From positions 1 to 36,523 of the forward strand of contig JACPJC010000004.1 of NCBI GenBank assembly GCA_016187745.1: a stretch of 36,523 nt of DNA, read 5' to 3'. This document shows, in pieces, positions 9,831 to 18,219 of the stretch. Every line of letters starts with the position of its first letter. Position 1 is the first letter of the stretch. This DNA comes from Candidatus Iainarchaeum sp. (GTDB lineage Archaea > Iainarchaeota > Iainarchaeia > Iainarchaeales > JAXPJC01). The notes under the pieces are model-generated. The model had not been told where the DNA came from. It saw only the letters and a list, made by a program, of their open reading frames with translations, and ran no database searches. A program made the translations under genes and the position numbers.

Positions 9831-9904
9831 AACCAAGCCTTTCTTTTTTAGGAAAAAAGAAAGTCTGGGCATTACCCAAAGAAAAAAACAAGTTTCAGGG
9901 AAAA
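9831..9904 (+). repeat. Hairpin element, long form (copy B, abuts tRNA-Ser discriminator base)
   Basis: AACCAAGCCTTTCTTTTTTAGGAAAAAAGAAAGTCTGGGCATTACCCAAAGAAAAAAACAAGTTTCAGGG. Confidence 0.9.
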
Positions 9905-9907
9905 CAT

Positions 9908-10402
9908 ATGGTAAATGCAACGCTCTGTTTTCTGATTAAGGATGCGCCCGAAAAAACGGTATTGCTCGGAATGAAGAAGGACGGCTTCGGAAAGGGGAAA
10001 TGGAACGGCCTTGGGGGGAAGATTGAAAAAAATGAAACTCCTGCGCAGGCTGCGATAAGGGAGGTTTATGAGGAAAGCTGCGTTAAAATCCCTGAAAGCG
10101 CGATTGAGAAGTTTGCAGAACTCACATTCCTTTCAGTAAAGGGAACTGATGAGAAGAAGCTTGACATGTTTGTGCATGTGTTTGTCGCGAGGGAGTGGGA
10201 AGGCACCCCAAAGGAGACCGGGGAGATGCTGCCGAAGTGGTTTCCTGCGCGCGAGATTCCCTTTAAGAGCATGTGGGTTGATGATGCATTCTGGGTGCCG
10301 CTTGTGATTGAGGGGAAGAAATTCAGGGCGGAATTTACCTTCGGAGAGGACAATGAAACCCTGCTCAGCAGGAAAATCGAGCCGGCGGAAGAGTTTATTT
10401 AA
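9908..10402 (+). CDS. NUDIX hydrolase, MTH1/8-oxo-dGTPase-like
   Basis: LLGMKKDGFGKGKWNGLGGKIEKNETPAQAAIREVYEES Nudix box; EMLPKWF, MWVDD. Confidence 0.92.
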   Translation: MVNATLCFLIKDAPEKTVLLGMKKDGFGKGKWNGLGGKIEKNETPAQAAIREVYEESCVKIPESAIEKFAELTFLSVKGTDEKKLDMFVHVFVAREWEGTPKETGEMLPKWFPAREIPFKSMWVDDAFWVPLVIEGKKFRAEFTFGEDNETLLSRKIEPAEEFI

Positions 10403-10429
10403 ACCTATTCGGATTCAGTATATATTGAA

Positions 10430-10602
10430 GCGGAGGTGGCGGAGCTAGGTCCAACGCGCCAGCCTGGAAACCAAGCCTTTCTTTTTTAGGAAAAAAGAAA
10501 GTCTGGGTATTACCCAAAGAAAAAATAAATTTCATGGGGCAATATAAACACCAAACAGCTGGTGAGCGCAAGCTCACACGAGTTCGAATCTCGTCCTCCG
10601 CG
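10430..10602 (+). tRNA. tRNA-Ser(GGA) with 87-nt intron at 37/38 (10470-10556)
   Basis: GCGGAGG/CCTCCGC acceptor, CCAGC-CT-GGA-A|A-GCTGG, variable arm GAGC-GCAA-GCTC. Confidence 0.92.
10469..10543 (+). repeat. Hairpin element, long form (copy C, in intron)
   Basis: 56 of the first 57 nt identical to copy B. Confidence 0.92.
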
Positions 10603-10646
10603 AAAGATATTTAAATCGCAGATTTTATCCTAATAAAGGTGCTTTT

Positions 10647-12023
10647 ATGCGGGGACGAAAACCAATAGCGCAGATTGTTGTGCACATAGGACCGAAACGC
10701 AGGATCCAATACAAGGCATCAAACGCTGTGAAAATTGCAGAGCTTGCCAACAAGCATGGCCTTATCCTTGTAAGTCCAGATATAGTTTCAACGCACATAA
10801 AGAGTAAAATTCTGGGCACTGTGCCCGGGAGAGGAGGGCGCTTTTTTGTTTCCGAGGCGGCAGTGCGGGACTATTTTACTTGGCTTAGTACAAGATGGCA
10901 GGGGGCAAATCTAATCAAGACAGCAATAACTGAAAACAGGCTGTTTAATCTTGCAAGAAAAAGCGGCATATGGCTGTATAATCCCATTAGACAAATGATT
11001 AGGAAGGATATAAGCAATGGGCAGATTAAAAGCGTGGGGAGAATAAAGATTGGCCACAATGTATATAATCTATTTAACGCAAAAGCCGCTTCCGACTATA
11101 TAGGGTGGTTGAAAAAAGAAATTCCCCGCAGGGAAAGCGCCTCTGCAAGATTAGGCTGGGCTTCTCGGGAGCTTGAAAAAGCAATAAAAAAGATCAAGAG
11201 AAGCCCCGATAATGCCGGTTTGGCTCCAAAGGCTTTAAGTGCTGCCAACAACACCCTTGCAGGCCTTGATAAGAAGATTGACCCTTCAGCGTGGGGCGAG
11301 TTAAATAACAAAGTTTCAGAACTTAGGAAACTTGCGCATAAATCAGAGAAGAAAATTGCAATAAGCAATGCAAGAGTGGAAAGGGAGAGAAAGAGGGGCG
11401 AGAAGGAGCGGCTTAGAAGGGAGAGAAAAGCAGAGAAAAAAGCAATGGCTCAGATGCGCAGGAGAGCGCATGAAATTAAAATGCTGGAAAAGCCAGAAGA
11501 AACGAAAAGAATGCAAAGATTTGAAAAAAAGATTGCAGCAGAGTTAAAGAAGGAAGGCTTATGGACTCTCAGAGACCTTGCTGAAAAAACAGCTGGAAAA
11601 AGATCCCCCAGCCATGTTTTCCATGATTTCGAAATGGGGGCAATCCCTGGCGCCTATCACAGCAACAGATATAAAGCAAGATCCGGCATGCCGCTTGTTG
11701 TTGTCCCTGAGAAAAATGCATTAAATTACATAAAATGGGTTATAAAAAGGAAGCAGAAATGGGTTGTGCGCGAAAAAAAGCAGAGAAAGCCGGGGCGCAA
11801 AGAAAAGTGGAGGGAGCCGGCTGATGAAATCCACGAATCACAGGAAATAAGGGAACTGAGAGTGCTGCACAGAAGCGCAATAGAGAAGCTTCAGAACATA
11901 AATAAAAAACTCCCGATTGAAATGCTTGAAAATACAAATGAGGAGAATATGCCGGACAATTGGAAAATTGCACATGCAAAGGTTGCAGAGCTCGCAAGGA
12001 AGATTCGCGAGGCAGGCTACTGA
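10647..12023 (+). CDS. Highly basic protein with three internal HTH-like repeats and a coiled coil
   Basis: Repeats ending VRDYFTWL, ASDYIGWLKK, ALNYIKWV; K/R-rich. Confidence 0.75.
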   Translation: MRGRKPIAQIVVHIGPKRRIQYKASNAVKIAELANKHGLILVSPDIVSTHIKSKILGTVPGRGGRFFVSEAAVRDYFTWLSTRWQGANLIKTAITENRLFNLARKSGIWLYNPIRQMIRKDISNGQIKSVGRIKIGHNVYNLFNAKAASDYIGWLKKEIPRRESASARLGWASRELEKAIKKIKRSPDNAGLAPKALSAANNTLAGLDKKIDPSAWGELNNKVSELRKLAHKSEKKIAISNARVERERKRGEKERLRRERKAEKKAMAQMRRRAHEIKMLEKPEETKRMQRFEKKIAAELKKEGLWTLRDLAEKTAGKRSPSHVFHDFEMGAIPGAYHSNRYKARSGMPLVVVPEKNALNYIKWVIKRKQKWVVREKKQRKPGRKEKWREPADEIHESQEIRELRVLHRSAIEKLQNINKKLPIEMLENTNEENMPDNWKIAHAKVAELARKIREAGY

Positions 12024-12034
12024 GCCGTGGAAAA

Positions 12035-12694
12035 ATGCCGGGCAAATTTCTCAATATCAGGGAAGTTGTTTCGCTTGCAAATAAGCGTCGCGTTAAAATA
12101 TTGCCCGGCACTGTTTCAAAGCACGGGGCGCGGCATATTCTTGAGGGTGCTGAACCCGGCAAACAGGGGGTTCAGGCGCTAATTCGCAAAAGGGATGCGC
12201 TGAAATACATCAATTGGCTTAAGAAGAATTGGGTACGCTCAAGCCTGAGCAAAAAGAGCTTATTGAGCTTTGGTGATATTGTGAAGCTGGCCAAGAGGAA
12301 TGCCCACACTACGCTTATGGCCGGCAAGTTTTACAATGATTTGAAGAAGGGATTGATCAAAAGCGCAGGCAAGAGAACTGTCAGGGGAAGAGACTGCGAT
12401 GTCTTCAGGGAAAGGGACGCATTGGAGTATATTGCCTCGCTTAAGAAAGGCAAATATCAGCACATAAGCCGCGGCTCTTATAAAGCAAAAAGGTGGAAGG
12501 AAGAGCCTGTTGGCTATGCCGGAGAGAAAATAACTGATGCAAATCCGGAATTGAGAAAATTAAGGCATGAACTGAAGCAGGCGAATATTGCGCTTGCAAG
12601 AGTCAATGCGCAGCCTAACCTGAAAGAAAGCGAATGGCAAAGGGCAAAGAAAACTGTTGATGATGCCGCAAGGAAGCTGCGTGAAGCGGAATAG
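12035..12694 (+). CDS. Shorter paralogue of the upstream basic repeat protein
   Basis: Repeats ending ALKYINWLKK and ALEYIASLKK; shared C-terminus (ARKLREA vs ARKIREA); start moved to ATG 12035. Confidence 0.75.
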   Translation: MPGKFLNIREVVSLANKRRVKILPGTVSKHGARHILEGAEPGKQGVQALIRKRDALKYINWLKKNWVRSSLSKKSLLSFGDIVKLAKRNAHTTLMAGKFYNDLKKGLIKSAGKRTVRGRDCDVFRERDALEYIASLKKGKYQHISRGSYKAKRWKEEPVGYAGEKITDANPELRKLRHELKQANIALARVNAQPNLKESEWQRAKKTVDDAARKLREAE

Positions 12695-12695
12695 A

Positions 12696-13178
12696 TTACA
12701 ATATCACATCAATAATTATTTCAATAACTTCTTTGGAATCTCTATAATACCGCATTATTTCTTTAAGGGTAATATTAACATTTTTACCATGGCTGATTTC
12801 ATTTCTAAGATTGACTATGCTGAATAGCGCAGATAGACCGATATCTGAAGATTGTTTTTTGACTTTTATGTACCAATGCTTATCACAATAATCCAATATA
12901 GTCTTTATTCTCTTTGGCTTTGGATTGCTAAATATCTCAGAAAGAACCTCACTGAAAAAATTTTCTACGAAAAGCCTTTTTGTTCTTTTTGCTTTCTCTA
13001 TAAGTACTTTTTCAATTATTTCTTCGTATTTTCCAGAAATTATTACAGCTAAATACTCTGCTAAATATGCTTCTACCTCAATGAAACTGCTCATTTTTGT
13101 AGAATTAACAAAATTATCTACATTTGAAAAAATAGTATCAATTTCCTTTAGCATGGCTTTGGCTTCTTTTGATTTCAT
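12696..13178 (-). CDS. HEPN-domain protein (RiboL-PSP/MAE_28990-like)
   Basis: LRNEISHG (RX4H) and N-terminal SGKYEE motif; overlaps the DUF262 gene; AT-rich. Confidence 0.8.
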   Translation of the reverse strand: MKSKEAKAMLKEIDTIFSNVDNFVNSTKMSSFIEVEAYLAEYLAVIISGKYEEIIEKVLIEKAKRTKRLFVENFFSEVLSEIFSNPKPKRIKTILDYCDKHWYIKVKKQSSDIGLSALFSIVNLRNEISHGKNVNITLKEIMRYYRDSKEVIEIIIDVIL

Positions 13179-14229
13179 ATTTTGACACTCTGTTTTTCAC
13201 AAGTCTTATTCTCATTTCGACTTTATCTTTATCTGTTGTGTGTTGTTCTATCGCTTCTTTGAAGGATGAATTTTTTAATAAATCATCTATAACGCTTTTA
13301 AGATTAGTAAAGTTTACTCCAGAAGTTGCTAGACCAACAGTGAGTGCATCAAAAAGTGCAACGTTAAGCCCTGTGCTAATCTTAAAGGCATTTACCCCAA
13401 GTCCTTTATAAATTTTTTCAATTATGTCTCTGAATATTTTTTCATAACGTTCTTGATCTGCCCTATTTAACTCTTGTTTATCTTTCATAAAATTGTTTAA
13501 AAATTGTTTCATTGGTTTTGAATAATTATTCAAATTAAAGAATAATGCAAAGAAGCGCAATATTAATTCTACATCGCGCATTCTTGTGTCAGGTATAGTT
13601 CTACCGATTAAATCCCGCCATTCTTTATATTCATTCAATTTTTTTAACAAATCATTGAAATGCCCTCTATAGATACAGTTTCTAATCTCTTGATCTTTTA
13701 GAACTACACCGCCAGTATTTAATCTTTCGAAAATTTCAAAAATACTTGAATTGTCTTTTGGATCTGTTTGTTGAAAAATAGTTGCTCTTAATATGCTATC
13801 TTTTATTTTTCTTTTTTCAACATCTAAAAGTTCGGTATATACTTTGCCTTCCCACCTAGGTTTTACACCAATTAAGGAAAAAGGTCTTTTATCCTGGAAT
13901 TTACCATCCATAAAATATTGAATAGTACGAAGGCGTTGATGACCATCCACAACCAAGTATTTCTCATCTTTTGTTTTATACAAAAAAACTGGTGGGACTG
14001 GCAAGCCTAAAAGAAAAGATTCTATCAGTTTACTTGCTTGTTTCTGAGTCCAGACGTATTGTCTTTGGAACTCAGGAATAATTATGTCGTGCTCAGTAAT
14101 CTTTTGATATAACACGCTCAGAGTATAATCGGCACCATAGTAAATAATCTTATAGCTGGCTACATCTGCTTCTTTATCTTCCTCTTCAGATTGTATAATT
14201 TCAAATAGCCCATCTTCAGTTTCTGGCAT
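13138..14229 (-). CDS. DUF262 (ParB/Srx-fold, GmrS-like) protein
   Basis: PEFQRQYVW, LIESFLLGLPVP, VVDGHQRL, IFERLNTGG. Confidence 0.92.
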   Translation of the reverse strand: MPETEDGLFEIIQSEEEDKEADVASYKIIYYGADYTLSVLYQKITEHDIIIPEFQRQYVWTQKQASKLIESFLLGLPVPPVFLYKTKDEKYLVVDGHQRLRTIQYFMDGKFQDKRPFSLIGVKPRWEGKVYTELLDVEKRKIKDSILRATIFQQTDPKDNSSIFEIFERLNTGGVVLKDQEIRNCIYRGHFNDLLKKLNEYKEWRDLIGRTIPDTRMRDVELILRFFALFFNLNNYSKPMKQFLNNFMKDKQELNRADQERYEKIFRDIIEKIYKGLGVNAFKISTGLNVALFDALTVGLATSGVNFTNLKSVIDDLLKNSSFKEAIEQHTTDKDKVEMRIRLVKNRVSKYEIKRSQSHAKGN

Positions 14230-14411
14230 AGAATATATTATCTCCTAACCCCTTTTAATATTTTGCACATGAGGGGGGATGCTATTGAAGACAGGGACTA
14301 TTATTTTGATTAATATATGGCTTTTGCCCGACGCATACGACCCTGCGGCAGCGAAGGGAAATTTTAAAAGGAGTTCTTGACCCACTTTTATTATATAAAA
14401 ACAACATCAAT

Positions 14412-14496
14412 GCACGGGTACCCAAGCGGCCAACGGGGCAAGGTTGAGGGCCTTGTGGCTTAGTGCCTTTCGGCGGTTCGAATCCGCCCTCGTGCA
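14412..14496 (+). tRNA. tRNA-Leu(GAG), intronless
   Basis: GCACGGG/CTCGTGC acceptor, CAAGG-TT-GAG-GG-CCTTG, long variable arm, A73. Confidence 0.95.
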
Positions 14497-14534
14497 CATA
14501 ATTTTATAAAAATTGCACATCCCTTTGTGATAGC

Positions 14535-15179
14535 ATGAAGACAGAATTCGCATTTGTTGCCCTTTCGCTTATTGCGCTTTTCCTCTTATCCGGATGCGTG
14601 CAGCCTTCGGGGGACAATGCGCTCAAGGAGATAAAGTTTTCTGAAGGATACGCGGCAATGGGGAAAATCCTTGAGAATAACGGGACAAGCATGCAGGCGC
14701 TTTTTGATGTGAATGTCCAGCTATGGGATTTGAGCAGTGAGCAGTTTCTTGCTGTAGAAAAGGATTTGAACGGGTTTGAGGCCGCGCTTTCAGGATATGT
14801 TGTTTCAGATGGCCGGCTTGCGCTGCAGAAGTTTGCCGGAATTGTCCGGGAGTTTGCGGAAATAAGCACCTACTCCGCATATCAGGAGATGCACCCCGCA
14901 GTGGAATACGCCCAAAGCACATACGGGGACATGGTTTTCTGCAGCGATGAGGATTTTCTGGACTATGAGGAATATGCGGTTTCCGCAAATGAAATAAAGG
15001 GGATGATTGCGGAACTGGATGCGGATATTGGAAAATTCGCGGGGGAGTTTCCGGAGTTTGCAACGGAAGCGGGGCTAAAAAGCCTTTCAGGGGATTATGA
15101 GAAATTCAGCAGGGAAGTCACTTTCATAAATGCGATTTACAATTCGTGCAGGCTGCTGAACGAGTCAAAGAAGATGTAG
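14535..15179 (+). CDS. Acidic lipoprotein/secreted protein
   Basis: Signal peptide ending LLSGC; helical acidic mature region. Confidence 0.75.
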   Translation: MKTEFAFVALSLIALFLLSGCVQPSGDNALKEIKFSEGYAAMGKILENNGTSMQALFDVNVQLWDLSSEQFLAVEKDLNGFEAALSGYVVSDGRLALQKFAGIVREFAEISTYSAYQEMHPAVEYAQSTYGDMVFCSDEDFLDYEEYAVSANEIKGMIAELDADIGKFAGEFPEFATEAGLKSLSGDYEKFSREVTFINAIYNSCRLLNESKKM

Positions 15180-15220
15180 GGATAGGTATTTATTGGAGTA
15201 AGCTGCAATATATCCGGGAA

Positions 15221-15796
15221 ATGAAAATGGCGAAGGAGCATTATCTGAGAGTGAATTTTCCGCTGCTGGGGGACAATTCACCGGGAATCTACAAATTCCT
15301 TCTTGAGTGCGTTGCTGATGTGTTTTCAGGGATTGGCGCGGGGAAAGTAGAGCTGCATATTGAGCGTTTGGAGCCCCTGGATGAGGTTTACACGAACCTC
15401 TATGGCGTAACCCGCGGAAAAATAAGGCAGATTTTTAAGAGATTTGCAAGCTCGCACCATCTTATTGAAGAGCCTGACCTTACCGCAACGCATGAGAGGG
15501 CATCGCTGCGCGCAAAAATCAATGCTTCAAGCCTGCAGGAAATCTTCAGGGATTACAATGCGCTGTTTGACATTTTCTTTACCGACCTGCAGATAAAATC
15601 CGACAGGGTTGCGCTTGATGTGATGGACCCATTCAGCAATTCCCTGATTGCAATATCACGGGACAAGAAGGCCCTGGAGAAATTCAGGAAAATTGCGCAG
15701 AAGAAATGCAGAATGGCAATGAAATTCTCCTATATTGACAGCAGGCCGGGAAGGGTAAAATTAACCCATATCCGGAAAAGGGGTGCAAAGCATTAG
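15221..15796 (+). CDS. Hypothetical protein
   Basis: Long ORF in gene-like position; start moved to ATG 15221 to avoid overlap with the upstream gene. Confidence 0.7.
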   Translation: MKMAKEHYLRVNFPLLGDNSPGIYKFLLECVADVFSGIGAGKVELHIERLEPLDEVYTNLYGVTRGKIRQIFKRFASSHHLIEEPDLTATHERASLRAKINASSLQEIFRDYNALFDIFFTDLQIKSDRVALDVMDPFSNSLIAISRDKKALEKFRKIAQKKCRMAMKFSYIDSRPGRVKLTHIRKRGAKH

Positions 15797-16259
15797 CGAA
15801 GGCTCCAAATGGCTCATGCACCTTTACACAAAGCACGAGCTGCACAAAATGCATATTCTGAATAAGCTGCAGATTGAGAGGATTATTCCCGAGCAGGACG
15901 TCCTGCTGGACAAGGAAAAAAGGAAAACCCCGTTTATGGGAAGGTATGACTTCCTTGTTGAAACAAGGAACAACAAATTCATAGGGATTGAGGTCCTTTC
16001 AAGGCCGACGCAGGGCAAACTAAAAGAAAAGCTCGCCTATGCGAAATATGTTGATGAGTTCATTTTCGTCCTGCCGGAGAACAGCATGGAATTCTACCGG
16101 AAGCCAAAAACAAAAATTTTCCACAGGCATGCGCGCCCGAGCTTTTTAGGGAAGGAATTCTCAAGCCCCGCGCTTTATGTCTGGCTGATTGACCTGAGGA
16201 AGGGCTTTGTGGAGAAGGGCAGGCTGGACAGCATATTCAACGTAACAAGCCAAAACTGA
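15783..16259 (+). CDS. Putative PD-(D/E)XK nuclease-fold protein
   Basis: HELHK...RYDFLVETRNNKFIGIEV...KLAYAKYVDEFIFV pattern. Confidence 0.6.
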   Translation: MQSISEGSKWLMHLYTKHELHKMHILNKLQIERIIPEQDVLLDKEKRKTPFMGRYDFLVETRNNKFIGIEVLSRPTQGKLKEKLAYAKYVDEFIFVLPENSMEFYRKPKTKIFHRHARPSFLGKEFSSPALYVWLIDLRKGFVEKGRLDSIFNVTSQN

Positions 16260-16311
16260 ACCATTATATATGTCTGCCTTTTAATTAATTTGCGGTATTA
16301 ATTTATGCAGT

Positions 16312-16433
16312 GGGCCAGTAGCCTAGCCTGGATAGGGCGACTGCCTTCTACGGCCTTTTCTTTAAAAAAGAAAAGCCCGGGGAAAAGAAGCGGAGAAAGC
16401 AGTAGGTCGGGGGTTCAAATCCTCCCTGGCCCG
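16312..16433 (+). tRNA. tRNA-Arg(TCT) with 47-nt intron at 37/38 (16351-16397)
   Basis: GGGCCAG/CTGGCCC acceptor, ACTGC-CT-TCT-A|A-GCAGT; CTTC pairs with intron GGAG. Confidence 0.92.
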
Positions 16434-16454
16434 TTAAATATTGAGGAAAAGAAT

Positions 16455-18182
16455 ATGGATTTCAGGGAAATGGTTGTTGAGGCGCTGCATGCTGTGCTGA
16501 AGGATTTAAGCGGTGAGCGGATTGCCGAAATGATTGAAGTGCCGAAACAGGCAAATTTGGGGGATTATGCGTTGCCCTGCTACAGGCTTTCAGGAATAAT
16601 GAAAAAGGCGCCGCAGGATATTGCAAAGGAGCTCAAGGAAAAGATTGCCCTGCCGAAGGGAATTTCAAGGGCTGAAGTCATTGGCGCCTATCTGAATTTC
16701 TTTGTTGCGAATGAGGCGCTTGCGAAGGACGTAATCAAGCGCATTCTGGCTGAAAAGCAGGACTATGGGAAATCGGATTTGCTCAAGGGCAAAAGAATAA
16801 TGGTTGAATATTCCGGGCCCAATACAAACAAGACCCTTCATTTGGGGCATCTGCGCAACCAAGCGCTCGGGATGGCGATTGCAAATTTATATGGGGCAAA
16901 CGGCGCAAGGGCCATAAAAGCAAACATATACAGCGACAGGGGCGCGCACATATGCAAGAGCATGCTTGCATATGAGAAGTTTGGCGGCAAAAAAACTCCG
17001 CAGGGCGCGCACATAAAGCCCGACAAGTTCGTTATGGATTATTATGTAAGGTATACAACGGAAGCGGAAAAAAATCCGGAGCTTGAAAAAGAAGTGCAGG
17101 AAATGCTGAAGAAATGGGAGGCAGGGGATAAAAAAACAATTGCGCTCTGGAAGAAAATGAATGGCTGGGCGCTTCAGGGAATCAGGCAAACATATAAGGA
17201 GTTCGGGAGCAGATTTGACGTTGAATTCTATGAGAGCAAATTCTATGACAAGGCGCAGCCTGTTATTGAGCTTGGACTGAAAAAGGGGGTTTTTGAGAAG
17301 GATGAAAGCGGCGCAATAATTGCGAAACTTGCATCAAGCGGAATGCCAGATAAAGTCGTAATGCGCGCGGACGGAACAAGCATTTACATTACAAACGATT
17401 TGGCGCTGACAAAGCACAAGTTCGAGAAATACAGATTGGATGAGGCGCTTTGGGTAGTGGGGAATGAGCACAGCCTGTACTTCAGGCAGCTGTTCAGGAT
17501 ATTTGAGCTGCTTGGCTTTTCCTGGGCGAAAAAATGCAGGCACATGTCATATGGGCTTGTAAACCTTCCTGAAGGGAAAATGAAAAGCCGCGAGGGAACA
17601 GTTGTTGAGGCGGATGACATAATAAGGGAAATGCAGGGGCTTGCAATGGCTGAGCTGCAGAAGCGCTATCCGGAAATGAAGAAACAGGAACTGCAGAAGC
17701 GCACGCGCGCAATTTCCCTTGCTGCAATAAAATTCTTCATGCTCAAGGTCGATGCGGGAAGGGATTTCCTTTTCAACCCGAAGGAAAGCATTTCATTCGA
17801 GGGAGAAACAGGCCCCTTTGTGCAGTACTCATATGCAAGGGCGTGCAGCATACTGAGGAAAGCAGGGAAAAAGGCCGGGGCGGAAATAAAAAACGCAAAT
17901 CCCGAAGCGCTTGAAAGTGAAATCGAGAAGAAGCTCATCGCGCTTCTTGATGCTTATCCCAAAACACTGCAGAACTGCATCTCAAACATGAGCCTGCACC
18001 CTTTATGCCAGCATCTGCTGGAATTGTCCTCGGCGTTCAATCTTTTTTACCATGAGATGCCTGTGCTCAGGGCTGAAACAAAAGAGCTGCGCGCAGCAAG
18101 GCTGGCGCTTGTGAAGGCTGCGAAAATCGTAATTGCCAGTGCATTAAGCGTCCTTGACATAGAGCCAATTGAGGAAATGTAG
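16455..18182 (+). CDS. argS: Arginyl-tRNA synthetase
   Basis: EYSGPNTNKTLHLGHLRN, KMKSREG, GETGPFVQYSYARACSI, C-terminal IEEM; start taken as MDFRE. Confidence 0.96.
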   Translation: MDFREMVVEALHAVLKDLSGERIAEMIEVPKQANLGDYALPCYRLSGIMKKAPQDIAKELKEKIALPKGISRAEVIGAYLNFFVANEALAKDVIKRILAEKQDYGKSDLLKGKRIMVEYSGPNTNKTLHLGHLRNQALGMAIANLYGANGARAIKANIYSDRGAHICKSMLAYEKFGGKKTPQGAHIKPDKFVMDYYVRYTTEAEKNPELEKEVQEMLKKWEAGDKKTIALWKKMNGWALQGIRQTYKEFGSRFDVEFYESKFYDKAQPVIELGLKKGVFEKDESGAIIAKLASSGMPDKVVMRADGTSIYITNDLALTKHKFEKYRLDEALWVVGNEHSLYFRQLFRIFELLGFSWAKKCRHMSYGLVNLPEGKMKSREGTVVEADDIIREMQGLAMAELQKRYPEMKKQELQKRTRAISLAAIKFFMLKVDAGRDFLFNPKESISFEGETGPFVQYSYARACSILRKAGKKAGAEIKNANPEALESEIEKKLIALLDAYPKTLQNCISNMSLHPLCQHLLELSSAFNLFYHEMPVLRAETKELRAARLALVKAAKIVIASALSVLDIEPIEEM

Positions 18183-18219
18183 GGGAAAAGAATTTATAAA
18201 GATTCACTAGAATATAAAT

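Noticed and set aside
9831-9904. Element as a simple transcription terminator
   Set aside because: Near-identical sequence lies inside introns, a 5' leader and upstream of 23S, where read-through is required; a partial terminator role at 3' copies is not excluded
8818-10543. Repeats as a CRISPR array
   Set aside because: Copies are dispersed, about 70 nt long, have no regular spacers, and no cas genes are present
8796-10577. Short K/F-rich ORFs (8796-9047, 9700-9891, 9757-9939, 10395-10577) with similar peptides
   Set aside because: They are translations of tRNA genes and the nucleotide repeat
10603-14411. Integrated provirus or integrative element between tRNA-Ser and tRNA-Leu
   Set aside because: No integrase, structural genes or duplicated tRNA 3' end seen
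16305-16454. 50 aa N-terminal extension of ArgRS
   Set aside because: It is read-through of the tRNA-Arg gene; ArgRS-like sequence starts at ATG 16455
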